A DNA stretch of 64,000 nucleotides from Phaeosaccion multiseriatum. Taxonomy: Eukaryota > Protista > Ochrophyta, other classes. Positions 1 to 13,252 of this stretch are shown here, one piece after another (the first letter of the stretch is position 1; every line of letters begins with the position of its first letter). The position numbers were made by a program, and so were the translations under genes. The stretch covers positions 806,001-870,000 of the forward strand of contig OZ218955.1 of assembly GCA_965112735.1 (NCBI GenBank), in the 5' to 3' direction. A model generated the notes under the pieces. The model had not been told where the DNA came from. It did not search any database and saw only the letters and a program-made list of their open reading frames with translations.

Positions 1-83
1 CCGCGAACACCCCCCCCCCACCACAACCTTTCAGGTCTGGCTTGGCCGTTTCAGTCCCATCCGACGGCGGGATCGCATGTGAC

Positions 84-240
84 GACGTGACGGTTTCCGC
101 GTGCAGTTTGAGAACGCGATGAATTTAGGCTTGCACCACCTAAAAATGTTCTCTGCGGAGTACCCAGTGCAGCACATGTCTACAGTGAGGCTAAGAAGAG
201 ACACTCCGTAGTCGTCGTGCGGGCCCTGATGTGTGTGTGT
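84..240 (-). pseudogene. Degenerate duplicate of part of the last exon (plus splice acceptor) of the UTP21/WDR36 gene
   Basis: 84-240 aligns by eye to 2734-2890 (ggtttccgcgtgcagttt..., gcttgcaccacct..., gagacactccgtagtcgtcgtgcgggcc), with substitutions, a 1-nt deletion and a 1-nt insertion. Confidence 0.85.
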
Positions 241-435
241 TATACCACAGAGCCACAGTTCGCTGCCACCGTAATTGATATATTCAACTCAAATTTCAAA
301 TAACACCTCCAGTACGGCATATGATCAAAAGGCCGGGGGGGAAGGGCTTCGCTTTGCGTCGAAGAAGGGCCTGCTCTGTTACCCCCTGGTACTCTCCAGA
401 GGGAGAGCGGGGAGGAAGACGAGAGTATTAAGAGC

Positions 436-1976
436 ATGGAGCCGACGATATCCCTCGAGGTAAATTCTCTTTTCTGTAAGACACCGTGGTGTATCTCATG
501 GTCGCAGAAAGACGTGATTCCTGGGCGAGTTATCTTGCGATGCCTCTTCCTCTTTCCTCTGGGAGCATGATACTAACCTTCGACTGCCGAAGCGAATCAC
601 TTCCCTCTTTTACCCTTCTCATAGTTTCTCTGTCACTCGTTCCTCACCCTTCCACCTTACCCCAGGCGCAGCGACTCCACGAGGCCTTCGTGAAAAACAA
701 AGACTTCTCAACAGTGAGCGCGCTGGTCAGGAAGCTCATCGCCAAACGAGGCAAGGCAAGCTTGGATCATCCTATTGAGAAAGAAGGCTGTACCCCTATT
801 ATCTGGGCTGCGGCCTATGGTCGGCTAGATGTCGTGAACCTTATACTGCATGAAGGAGCCTCTTTCAGCACCAGAGGACCGTACGGGGGCACGCCATTGG
901 CATTGGCGAGCGGCAAGGGACACGATCAGATGGTGAGGCGGCTGTTGGACTTCGGAGCCGCCGTTGACCAACCCACTGTCGATGGGACGACACCTCTGTG
1001 TCTGGCCGCCGAGAGAGGGTATTCGACAAGTGTGCGGCACCTCCTCTCGGCGAATGCCGATGTCGATGCAGCCGGGAGCACGGGGTTCACTCCGATATGG
1101 GTCGCTTCTCAGAATGGGCACAACTCCGTTGTAGCGCAGCTCATTTCAGCCCGAGCGGATGTGAACAAGGCAGACCCTCTCGGAAGGACTCCGCTCATGC
1201 AGGCGTCGAAGAATGGACACGGGAGAGTGGTACAGCAGCTTATCACGGCCCACGCCAAGATCGAAAAGGCTCACATCGATGGCTTCACCCCGCTTTATTG
1301 TGCTTCGCAAGAGGGGCATTGTTCTGTCGTGCAGCAGCTTCTCGATCAACATGCCCGTGTGAATGTCAGGGACAATACCGGTGGCACTCCCCTCATGATT
1401 GCGGTTGCCAGAAGACGATTGGCCGTTGTGAAGTTGCTCCTGTCAGCAAAGGCGGATGTAGACCTGTCTGGCCCTGATGGTTGGACTCCTCTTCACCTCG
1501 CAGCTCAAGACGGGTATGATGCCATTGTGAAGCTCTTGATCTCGGCGGGAGCAAACATGGAGAGAAGGGGCAACAGGGGCGATTCACCCCTCCACCTAGC
1601 GGCGCAGAATGGGCACGAGGCAGTCGTCGCTCGTCTCATCTCTGCGGGATCTTCCATCGATACCAAGAGATGCGACGGTTTCACGCCTCTGCTTATCGCC
1701 ATTTATGTCAACCAGCATGGCACTGCGCGGCAGCTCCTCTCGGCCGATGCCTCAGTGGACATGGCCTTAGCAGAGGGAGGGCGGAATCAGTTGGGCTTCG
1801 AGATCGAGCAGCGACTCAGAGACGCAGCAGCAGCCTTCTTCCGATCTCAAAGCGCACTGGACCTGATGCGAAGGACTGATCCGACCTTCGGCAAGGAGAG
1901 GGGGATGCCGCCGCTGAAGAGGCCTTGGAGTGTCGGGAGCGAGGCGTGGGAGAGCATGGCGGAGGAGATGAGCTGA
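436..1976 (+). CDS. Ankyrin-repeat protein, paralog A (10 repeats); model join(436..459,666..1976)
   Basis: Ten GxTPLxxAxxxGH-type repeats in ORF 486..1976. The 8-codon exon 1 (MEPTISLE|GT) and the in-frame CAG acceptor at 665 match the structure of paralogs B and C. Shared tail FFRSQSALDLM..TDPTF..RPWSV.SE.WE.MAEEM. Confidence 0.9.
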
Positions 1977-2603
1977 AGCCGAGGGCTTTCTTTGGGCGAG
2001 GAGGGGGGGGTATTACAGGGGACGTTGTTGGCTCGTGCGAAGGGCCAATAGCGACAAGGGTGAGAGAGCTTCTCGCGACGAGGACGGATGGTCATGAAGT
2101 GTCGCATGGAGCGGGGTGTAGACATGGAAAGCGGGCGAGCACAGAGCTCGAGCGGTGCGAATGAGATGGGGCTGTTACTGGCGCCTCAGGACACACATGG
2201 AGCCAAGCCGGAGGGTCATCTGTCGGGGAAAGGGAAGGAGGGAAGAGGGAGAGGGGGGTAGCTGTGTAAGAAGCCGATGGACCACCGAGAAACAGAGGGA
2301 GTTCATGGTAGCGATAGACAAAGCGCGAGCGGGGCAGATTAGATGGGTGGGCATCTAGACTGGTCGGGAGAAGGGGGGGGGGGGTGAATGGGGGCGTACC
2401 ACTTTAGTAGGCATACGCACGTCAAGTAGGCAGCAGCAAAGGAGAAGGGGGTCGCCCTCGCACAAACGCCGCAGCGAAAACGAATGGAAGTGCGTGTATC
2501 TCTCTCATGTATACGATCTCTCTTGTACATTGATCTCATCTACTCACGCACAGCCTCACCGCCTCACTGCCTTACTGCCTTACTGCCTTACTGCGCTCAA
2601 TCT

Positions 2604-5600
2604 CTATATCTGTTGCTGGCCCCCGAAGTACTGCACCAGGCACAAGCTCCTTTGTACGAGCTCCTTCACCCTCCTACACGCCGACAGCTGCGCATCCCTC
2701 AGCTGGCCCGCCTGCCGCCTCAGCTCCGGGGTGGACATGATGGTTTCCGCGTGCAGTTTCAGAAAGCGATGAAGATACGCTTGCACCACCTCAAACTGTT
2801 CTCTGCGCCGTACCCAGTGCAGCAGCATGTCTGCAGTGAGGCCAAGGAGAGACACTCCGTAGTCGTCGTGCGGGCCTGACGTGTGTGCGTGCGTGTATGT
2901 TGGAGTGATATTGAGTGGGTAAAGAAGGAGGAGAGGGGGGGAGACGGAGAGACAACGAAGAAGACGATTCAGCAGGGACCACATTAAAGAAGAGAGCGGA
3001 TTGACTGATTCGAGCCGTATCAACGGTGGGGAGGAGGAGGAGGAGGAGGAGGAGGAGGAGGAGGAGGAGGAGGAGGAGGAGGAGGCGGAGGAGGAGGAGG
3101 AGGAGGAGGGATGGGGTCGGGGTTGCAGTGAAGCATTTTGCTACTGAGCCACCTACGCCGGACGAAAGCATTCTCTCGCTATGCCTGTGCCCATGCAACA
3201 TGCGGAGGAAGGGAGTTCTCCCGTTCTCCCACTCTCCTCTCGGTGTCTCCGTCTCCCTTTCTCTCTTTCCCTGTCTCTCTTTCCATCTCTCTCTCTCTCT
3301 CTCTCTTTCTCCCTCCCTCTCCCTCTCTGCCACTCACCTTGGCAGAGCGAGCTCAGCTCTACATCGACCGCAGGGGGGCCGAGCTTGGTAAGATGTGCCA
3401 TTACTTCCGCGTAAATCCTCTGTCTTGGCCCGTCCTCTTCGCCCTCATCATCACTACCACCACCACCACCACCACCATCACCACCACCATCACCACTACC
3501 GAGCAGCCTGGGCGCTCGAGCGAGAAGCTGGTCGCGAGTGAGCTGTGTGAGAAGCAGCAGGTCGCCTACCCTACACCGCGGCAGCTGTGGTGCAGCAGTT
3601 GGTGATTCGCCGTCGTCGGTGCGCGCTCTCTTGGCGGCTGCGAAGGAGTGCATGATTCGCGACTGAGGATCCTCTGACGGCCGGAGGCGCTTATGTCCCC
3701 GTGCTCCTTCATCTCCTTCGGTACCCTCATCCTCGTCTTCCTCGTCCTCCTCCTCGTCGTCATTGTCGCTCCACGCGTCGCCACCTCCCCCCATCATGGC
3801 CATCTCAGCCACCGCCTTTTCCTCCTCCTCCTGCTGCTTCTTCTTCTTCTTCCTCTCCTCCTCCTCCTCCTTTTCCTTCTTCCCCTTGCCCGCCTCCGCT
3901 GAATCACCAACTGCCGATGATGTACCGGTCTCTGCGAAGCTCGGAGCCACATCCCCATCCTTGTGCACCGTCCGCAAGAAGAACGGAGCGCTCTCGGGCT
4001 TCTTAGGCGGCTGCTTCGGTCGGTTACGCGCCTTCACCACCTCCAGATTAAACAACCCCGTCCAGTACGCACGAGGAAGCCCACTCAGGGTGATGGCGCC
4101 CTGCCCCTTGGCTGCCATCACCTCCCCTCCATCTGCTGTCTTCTCCTCCTCCTCATCCTCCTCCTCCTCCTCGTCCTCATCCTCCTCCCCTTCCCCTCCC
4201 TCCTCGACCCCGCCCCCCTCTTTCGCCAAGTACGCCGCCCTGGCCCCTCTGATGGCCCTCATATCCTGCTTATACCCCTCCAAAGGCGCCCCATCCCCTC
4301 TTGTCGCTGCCCCTCCCCCCCCCCTGGGCCCCTCCTCCTCTACCAGTGAGGTGGGCTCGTCCATGAGCTGAGGCTCGAGTGGCTCTGAGTCGAGATAGAC
4401 GGTCTGAAAGAAGCTCTTATCTGCCCAAATGTGTACTCCAAGCCGATCTGCGTGCGTCGTCGCCAGAAACTCCCCGGTGGGGGATACACTCACCCCTGGT
4501 GGGGTGGGGAATGGCAACGGAATATGGCAATGTATGGCAATGGAATGGGAAAGGAATGATGGGTAGGACAGTGGAATGGGAATGAGAATGCGGAGTGAAG
4601 GGTATCGATGGTGAGATGAAGCGTCGCCACAGAGACAGTGCAAGTGGGTGCGATCTTCAGCGCGAGCACTCATCCATTCCAGCGATACCAAACCCACAGG
4701 TGCAGTTTGAGTTTGACTTTCATGTTGAGGCCCCTCCCCTAACCTCTTCTCCATTGGTTGAGGTCTAATAAACTGAAAATAAAGCTCCTTCCTCCCCCTT
4801 CTGCCTCTCACCCATTGCGGCCTTCTTGAACTTCATCCAGTCCACGCAGCGGCCTGTGGGCAGATCCCACACCTGAAAGGAGGAGGTGCAGCAGTTGGTG
4901 ATACAGCAGAGGCAGCAAGGGAAGGTGTTGGTGATACAGCGTACGGGGGCGATAGCGGCAGACAGTTACGTCTACTTGCTCTACTTCGTCCTCCTCCTTC
5001 CCTCCTTCCCTGCTTGCTTGCCCTGAGCGAGCGTATTGGTCAAGTAAAAGTCGAATCCAATGAAACCCAAACGGGAACATATCACTGACTAAAAACTGAA
5101 GCTGGAACCGCTGAAACTGCTGAAACTGAAACCCACCCTGAGTGTGTTGTCTAGAGCGGCACTGACGAGCCTGCGTCCGTCGTTGGTGAAGCACATATCC
5201 GTGACGGGCCCTGTGTGACCCGAGAGGCGACGCACAAGCTTGAGGGTGGTGAGGTCGTAGAGACGAAGCACCTGATCATCACAAGCCGCTGCCAGCAGGT
5301 CCGTATCTCTGACGAGCTCCAGTTGCCCCACTCCGACCCCGACATCAATCTGTCCCTTGAGGGCGTGCGTTACAAATGCCCAGAAGAGGAGCTTGCCGTC
5401 CAGCCCGCCGGACACCATCAGACTGTTGACGGCATCCACCTGTACCCCCATCACAGGCATGGAGTGGCACACGTCCAGCGTATCACCAACTGCTGCTGCT
5501 GCTGCTGCTGCTGCTTTCGGCTTATTGGCCTCTGTGATTTCTATAATCTTGCCCACGGAGCCGGGCGTCACCACTCCATCCTTGTAAATCTTTTTGATGG

Positions 5601-6027
5601 CAGGTGTGTGGCTCTGAGGAAAGGAGCCACGGGGGAGGCCTGATTGCATGTTGTACTTCCATACCGACCCGCCTCTCGTGCCTACAATGCCGAAGTTACC
5701 GCACCCGCTGATACAGACTGGGGAGAGAGGGAGAGAGGGAGGAGAGGGAGAGAGAGAGAGAGGAAGGAGAGAGATGCACAGAGAGAGGGAGGGAGGGAGG
5801 GAAGAAAGGGGAGAGAGAGGGAGGGGGTTTGTGGGAAGGGAGTGAGGGGACGGGGTGTGTGGTACGGGAGTGAAAAGGTGAGGGAGAGGCCAAGGGGAGG
5901 ATGCAAGAGGGGACAAGAGTACTGATTCGAGACACACACACGAGCACACACATCCACACACACACACACACGTACACACACGTACACTCACACACACTCA
6001 CATACACCCACACACACCCACACCCAC

Positions 6028-6097
<70 letters not shown>

Positions 6098-9000
6098 CCT
6101 GAAGTGGCAAAGTTGTTGGGATTGGGAGGGTGCATCATGGCGTTTCCTGGCCAGTGCTTCTGTCTGAGGATGGCCTTGCTCGCCACTCGATCCTTGTAGC
6201 GCCACGTGTACACATTGGCGTCGTCCTGAGGGGGTGGCAGGGGATGGCAGGGGATAGTAGGGGATGGCAAGCGATGGTGGGAACCGGGGGGGGATCAGAA
6301 TAGACATAATTTTCGTTACGGTTTTGTGGGTATCACAGAAGCGTTCGATGCGATTCTCACTGACATTCATGAACATTGCGAAGGGTAAAGTAATGGGTAC
6401 TGAATAAAGGTCTACAACATTGCAACTCAACTGCAACTGCAACTGCAACTGCAACTCCTATTCTCATATTCTCACTGACCTGGTGGCAGGTGATGACATT
6501 GGGCCAGTCCTTACTGCGCGTCTCGCAGGCCGCAAAGGAGGAGATGGGCCTGAGCTTGAAGTGCTCCTGTGTGACCTGGTGCAAGTTGGCCACCTGGGGG
6601 ATGGCAGTGGATGGGAAGGGGAGGGGGGGGATGGCAATGGATAGGAGGAGGGTGAGGCGGGGTAAGGGGGGGGGATTTTGTTTAGATACATACCCTACGT
6701 TCATCTGACTGCCCTCCCCCGACCATTTACCAACCTTGAGCAGAGGCTTCTGACTGAGCTCCATGCTGAGGCAGTCTCTGATGGTATGGAACACGCGAAA
6801 GGCGCTGTCCTGCCCCGCGCTGAGAACACACAGCGCTGACGCGTCGGCACCCTCCCCCATACTCGCCAGAGTGGCGCCTGAAGGGGATGGCAGTGGATGG
6901 GGAGGGGATGGAGATGGGGCAAGCGTAGTGGCAGATGCAAATGTCGGTTCAGTACGTTCGGTCAGCACTTCGCTTGGTCAGGCTCAGCTACCCACGGACA
7001 TACGCACGCACGCACACACACACACACACACACCCACGCAGCCACACACCTCCGTAGTAGCGTATCCTCCGAGGGGGTCGGCTGTGCCCCTCCCTGCTCC
7101 TCAGTAGCCTCGCGGAGCCGTCGGGAGAGTCGAAGATCCACATACGAAGGGCATTGTCTGCACCACCACTCATTAGCACCTGTGTGTGAAGGAGGGAGGG
7201 GGAGGGAGAGGGAGTGAGGGAGGGGGAGAGAGGACGAGGGGGCAGGGAGTGGAAGGTACGAGGGAGGAAGGGAGGAAGGAAGGAAGGGAGGGAGGGAGGG
7301 AGGGAGAGTAGGGAGCCTCAGGTGAGTCCTCTTTTCGCCTCCACCTGCCCACCCCCCGACTACCCACTAATGCCCTTCCCCTCCATGCCTCCTTCTAACG
7401 ACTCACCGGCTCCTTGGGAAGGAAGGCCAGCTTGGAAACGCTCCCCTCGTGGGCTTTGGCCATAGTGCGGTGCAGTCGCCGCTCTTTCAAGTCCCACAGG
7501 TGGATCTGCATAAGCCAACAAGAGTGGGACAGAGGTGAGCAGGTGAAGGAAGGAAGGAAGGAAGGAAGGAAGAAAGAAAGAATATGGAGCTTTGGTATCC
7601 TCTTTGAATGGCCCTGAAAGAAAGGCCTATCACTTTCAGACCCTCACGAGAAACGGTAATTGGAACCATAGTCGCCTTCACTCCACTCCTTCCTCCCCCA
7701 GGCATCCATCAGCGACGCACCTGCCCCCCCTGACTGGCGCTGGCCAGAATGGGCACCAGGGCCGCCTGCGCGTCAGTGCGGAAGGCGAGGGAGGTGACTG
7801 CGCCCTTCTGCTCGAAAGAGAAGAGCACCACGTCTTTCAGCAGGTTCAGCAGGAGAATGCGGCCTGAGGAGGAGGGAGGAGGTGGGATGGGGGGGGTGGA
7901 GGAGGAGGGGGAGCGGGAGGAGGAGGGGGAGGAGGAGGAGGAGGAGGAGAAGGAGGAGGAGGAGGAGGAGGAGGAGGAGGAGGGGTGGTAGTAGTAGTAG
8001 TAGTGGTGGTGAGGCGACGGAGTGCCATGGAGTGGTGCCATGGACTCGGAGGAAAGACCTTCTTTCGATGCAACGTACCATTTGAGAACCCGACGGCGGC
8101 AACGTCCAATGCTGGCGAAGCCTCGATGGCGGTCACCCCCCATGCACTGCCATCCCCCGGCCTGCCAGCAGTCCCTTTCAACTTTCCTCCTCCTGCCGTG
8201 TCTTGCTTGCTGCCCTTGCGTGCCATCCCCTTCGCTCCCTTGATGCATTGAAACGTGTGCACCAGCCTCCCCGAGCGCACATTCACCAGCACGAGTCGAC
8301 CATCCTCGCTGCCCACCACAACTTTGTTGAGGTAGGTGGGCGGATGCGCGGCCACACTGGGCACAAAGTCGGGCGGGAGGGCAACGTCGGAGATGAGGGC
8401 ATCCTCCCCCAATACGTCTTTTTCGATGCTCCAGGCCCGCAGTCTTCCCTGGTCACAGATGGAGACGAGCACAGGCCCCACACAGAGCAGGTGGGTCACC
8501 ACACCTATGGCAGTGGATGGAGATGGAGGGAGGATGGAGGTTTCAGGTTCTGGTTGTTGGACCTTAACCAATACAGCGACGAGAGGTGGCCCATCAGTAC
8601 AGAGAGTCTGAGTGTGCGTGCGCGCGGGTGTTGTCTCCTTCCTACCCCACCCTACACCTGCCCTACCTGGGTGTGAGCCGAGCTTGCCGCGGCAGGCAAT
8701 CCTCTTCCACACGTGAATGTCGCTGCCACTGCCCACGAAGGTCAGCTCGTCGTTCCGCACGGCGAGGCAATTGACACGTCCCGTCAAGGCGGGAGACACC
8801 ATAACGAGGCGCATATGTGAGCATCGGTAAACCTGAGAGATGGGAGGACGAGGAGGAGGAGAAGGAGGAGCAGGCAAGGCAATCTCAGGGCGTTACAAGA
8901 GCAAGGCTTCACTGAAGAGGAGAGGTGGATATCTACGCGGGTGCCGAGGCTCGAACCCACTGCGTTAACGGCTCGGATCCATCTCACCTGGAAGGCCCGA

Positions 9001-9209
9001 CCGATACTCGTGGTGACAAAGCACTCATCCCCCAGCCGCTGGATCGCAAAGGGGACTCCGTCTGTGATGACTCCCACCGAGCGGTAAGGATAGTACAGCT
9101 TCGACGAGGCTGCAGTGGTGGTCTCCACCTGAGCGGCAGCGGAGGCTGACTTTGCAGGTGCAACCGCTACCAATGCTACTCCTGCCTCTGCTCCTCGGGC
9201 GGAGGCCAT
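2604..9209 (-). CDS. UTP21: WD40-repeat SSU processome protein Utp21/WDR36 (multi-exon)
   Basis: Exon peptides LYYPYRSVGVITDGVPF...VTTSIGRAFQ, HPPTYLNKVVVGSEDG, ADNALRMWIFDSPDGSARLLRSREGH, YNMQSGLPRGSF, the Utp21 C-terminal GLPRAYWTGLFNLEVVKARNRPKQPPKKPESAPFFL, and FEVVQAYLHRFLKLH. Confidence 0.93.
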
Positions 9210-9683
9210 GGCCACCGCTGGGAGAGCCCGTGCTGGCGGTTCCCGCTACCCCTGCTACCACAGTTGCTTCTTCTTCCACTGCTGCTACTACTTCTGGCTC
9301 CTCCACACTTCCCTGCCTTCAGACATGGATGAGCGACGCTTCCTTTGGCGCTTAATACAACCTCCTCTGCGCGCCCTTCAGAGTTTCTGAAGTCAATGGG
9401 CTGATGCCATCAGGTGCCATCAATCCCATCCATTCCGAGAGGCGTTTCGCTGAAAAAAAAAAAAGGAAAAGCTGACGAAGGAAAGACAGATTCAGACCCA
9501 GGAGCAAAGAGACACCTTGAGGCTGACTACTACTGTACCTGCCTGCCTGTGTGCTGACCATTGGGGACGTGTGGGTGGAAGTGGGGCTGCCGGAAAGTGG
9601 CCGGGGGTGGAAGGGGAGTGCAGGGCTTAGCATCCACCGCATCTTGCGCCTCCGCCGCCCCAGAGCAGAATGCCGTCGAGAAA
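9210..9683. promoter_or_regulatory. Probable bidirectional promoter between UTP21 and the Cys/His-repeat gene
   Basis: Divergent start codons ~470 bp apart; inferred from layout only. Confidence 0.5.
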
Positions 9684-9883
9684 ATGGACCCTCTGACCAG
9701 CTGCGAAGTGGTGGAAGAGGAACAGTGGGGGAGGGGGTTGGCACCGGAGCTCAAAGGAGGCGTGGCCATGATGAAGAAGCCGAAAAGGGTTCGTGCTCCG
9801 GGCCGCGCCGCTGGCGTATACAAACGAAAGGTGAGGTACAGGGTGGCTTGGCTCTAAGGACTTGTTCTCCTTCTCCTAATTAG

Positions 9884-9916
<33 letters not shown>

Positions 9917-12051
9917 AATCATCATTATTATTATTTTTATCATCATCATCATCATCGTCGTCGACCATTGGTACCACCAACTCCTCCTCCTCCTCTCCTG
10001 GACTCACCCCTACTCATCACCACCCCCTCCCTTCCCCACGCACTCCAATCACACTCCACTCCACCCCACTCATACTCTTTTCCACTCCACTCCACTCCAC
10101 TCCACTCCACTCCCCTCCACTTCACTCCCCTCCACTCCACTCCTCAGATCTGCGCAGTGCCGGACTGCCTCAAGAACGCGCGCAAAGGCGGCATCTGCGT
10201 CGCACACGGCGCCAAAGTCAAGACGTGCAGCGTAGAGAGATGTACTAAACTGGCCAGGAAGGGCGGCTACTGCAGGCGGCACGGCGCAGAGGTGCCACCC
10301 TGCACGGTGGAGGGGTGCGAGCGGCAAGCCAGACAGGGTGGGCTCTGTGTGCGACACGGAGCGTCTGTCAAGCGGTGCTCGCTGGAGGGCTGCAGGGCAC
10401 ACTCTCGCAGCGGAGGGTTGTGCAAGCGACATGCTCTGGAGGCGGGCGGGCTGGTGATGATGGATGCCTTCGAGGGGGACGAAGGAGAAGGCGGCAGCAA
10501 GGGCGAAAGGGCAGGGGAAGGGGAAGAGGTTCTGGGTGGAATGATGGGGATGGGGGCTGGAAGGGAGGGGGGGGGCGAGGGGCGGGGAGGGCATCACGAG
10601 GTATTCGACATGGACCTTGACGTGAGAGACTTTGAAGATGCTGTGAAAGGCCATGAGGAGATGGAGAGAGAGCTTGGGCTTCATCACATGGAGCAACAGC
10701 AGGATGAGCACTTCGCCGTGCAGCAGCAGCGGGGGGGGCATCACATAGGAGGAGAACAACAGTCTCCGCTACAGCTGCAGCTAAGTATGCCGCTTTCGCT
10801 GCCATTGTCCCAGCATTACACCGACCAGCAGCAGCAGAGGCGTCGCCGTAGGCCTAGGCAATCGCGATCATCGCTGCCATCGCCGCCTTCGCATCAGCAG
10901 CAGTTGGTGATGCAGCAGCGGCAGCAGGAGCTCGAGCAGCATCAGCAGTTGGGGTTGCAGCAGGCTTGGGATGTCCCTTCCCCACTCTCTTCCCCGCAGC
11001 AGCCCTCCTCCTACCACCACCACCACCACCACCAGCAGCAGCAGCACCAGATGCGGCACTCGCAGCAGCTGTTGATGCCCATGCTGTCTGAGCAGCAGCC
11101 ACCACAGAAACCCGTGCATCTTCGGCCGTCCTCTTCTTCTTCTTCGTCGGCCCTGTCCGCTGCTGCCGCGCCTAGAGCAAAGCCCAAGGTACGCCGCACT
11201 ACCGCCTTTGGGCAATTGGGCTACAACGACACACGCAAGATGATACCCAATCACACCAACATGGCTCCTCTAGACGGAGGGAGCAGCGGGGCCTTTGGTG
11301 GTGGGACTCCTTCTCCATCTCCTTCAGATGGAGGAGGGGGGAGCGAGTTCGTCGCAGACCCCAGCGCGGTCCTGACTGGACTCTCCATCTACGAGCCGTC
11401 GTCAATGCTCTTGGCAGAAAAGGAGCACTCATCAACGGGGGGAGGAGGAGAGTACACCGGTGCTATTGCAGGTGGCAGAGGTGACGGAATGGCTACAGAC
11501 TCTATCGTTGTATCCTCGAGAGGCAACAACAGCAGCAGAGCAGCAGGCCGAGAGTCGTCCTCTCGCAGCTACGGAGCCATTTTCCCCTCCTCGAGGACGA
11601 CGACGCCGACTCCGGCTGCTGTACCACCAACTGCTGCTGCTGCTGCTACCGCGGCCTTCGCTTCTGCCACTGGTGCGACTCGGTCTCGTGCTCCTAGTTC
11701 TTCGCCCTCTTCCCCTTCCTCCTACAGCGGTGATGGCCCTCAGTCACACGCCTTCCTCCCTCTCCCACCCTCTCGTGGCAGCCTCCTCGGGCGTGGTGGA
11801 GACGAAGGAGGTTCTCAGAACAGTAGCAGCGACGGCGGAGGCAGTAGTAGTTGCGGTGGTAGCGGCGCTACCGGCGGTAGCAGCAGTTGTAGTAGCCGAG
11901 GGGTCGGGTCATTGGGAGGGGGCAAGACAGAGGGAGAAGCAGGAGAGGGAGGAGGAGGAGGAGGAGGAGGAGGAGCAGGAGGAGGAGCAGGAGAAGGAGG
12001 AGGAGCAGGAGGAGCACGAGAAGGAGCAGGAGAAGGAGGAGGAGGAGGAGG

Positions 12052-12086
<35 letters not shown>

Positions 12087-12244
12087 GTGGAGGAGGAGGT
12101 GGAGGAGAAGAAGGAGAGGGAGGGGGAGCAGGAGGGGGAGGAGGAAGGGAAGAAGGGGGAAAAGGAGGAGGAGAGGCACGAGAAGGAGCAGGAGGAGGAG
12201 GAGGAGGAGAAGGAGCAGGAGAAGGAGGAGGAGGAGGAGGAGGA

Positions 12245-12278
<34 letters not shown>

Positions 12279-13252
12279 GAGGAGGAGGAGGAGGAGAGGG
12301 GGTCGGGTCCGTTGATCTGACGCTGACGCAGCAGCCCATCACTAAGGAAGATATGGGAGCAGCGACAGCAGCAGCAGCGGCAGCAGCAGCCTGGGGGGCA
12401 GCTGGTGGTGGTACAGCAGTTGGTGGTACAGCAAGGCCGGAGCAGCATGGTCCCGGGTGTAGGGGCAAGGGAGAGTGGGGAATCTCGCGTGGGGTTGATA
12501 GAGCAGGGGCAGGAGGAGACGGGGGGATAGAAGGGGTCGTGGGACGAAGCCGGGAGTGCAGCAGCAGCAGCACCAGTAAAAGTGGTGGTGGTGGTAGTGG
12601 TAATAGTAGTAGTAGGAGGAGGAGGAGCGGCAGCAGAAGCAGTACGTTTGGTGCTGTTGCGAGACGTGGGGTGGCAGAGGTGGAGTCACTGCTCACCGGA
12701 GGGGCAAGAGGAACAGGAGCAAGATTCAAATCTCCCTCCTCCTCCTCCTCCTCCTCCTCCTCCTCCTCCTCCTCAGGACGAGGGCTTTCCTCCCTCATTC
12801 TGCGCAACGAGTCTCCTCCGGGGGGGTCGGGAATAGGGCCTGCTTGTGCCTCCGGGCTTTCCTCCCTCACCCTTCTCAAGTCGCCTCCCTCAGCGTCAGG
12901 CTCTCGAGCCTCGTCAGGACGAGGGGGCTTATCTTCTCTGTCCTCCCTGACCGCGGCGGGGGCGGGGCGAGGGTCGGGCAGTGCGTTCGCCGCTCTGCTG
13001 CGGCCTTTCGGGTCCTCTCGTTTGCAGCTCCGGCGCTCCCCTCGGCGCCGGCGTGATGGCGGGAGGAGTCCCAGGGCAGTTGGTGATACAACAGTAGCAA
13101 GAGAAGGAGGAGGGGGAGGAGGAGGGGGAGGAGGGGGAGGAGGGCATCCCTTCCGCCTGTGGGGAGGGGACGGGGGGCAGCAAGGTGAGCTACCCTCCCC
13201 CCCCGGGGAGGAGGATAAGAGCCCGAGCCCCAGGCTATGGCTCCTCCCCTAA
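9684..13252 (+). CDS. Protein with four C-x4-C-x9-C-x2-H(G) repeats (WRKY19-like zinc-finger repeats) and a very long Gln/Gly/Ser low-complexity tail; model join(9684..9830,10148..13252)
   Basis: CAVPDCLKNARKGGICVAHG, CSVERCTKLARKGGYCRRHG, CTVEGCERQARQGGLCVRHG, CSLEGCRAHSRSGGLCKRHA. Phase-0 intron AAG|GTGAGG ... CTCAG|ATC. Further introns in the tail cannot be excluded. Confidence 0.8.

Noticed and set aside
486-665. Hydrophobic N-terminus of ORF 486..1976 as a signal or TM segment
   Set aside because: This stretch is the intron of the two-exon structure conserved in all three paralogs.
11460-12879. Overlapping poly-E and antisense poly-P ORFs as separate genes
   Set aside because: They are alternative frames of the same (GGA)n tract.
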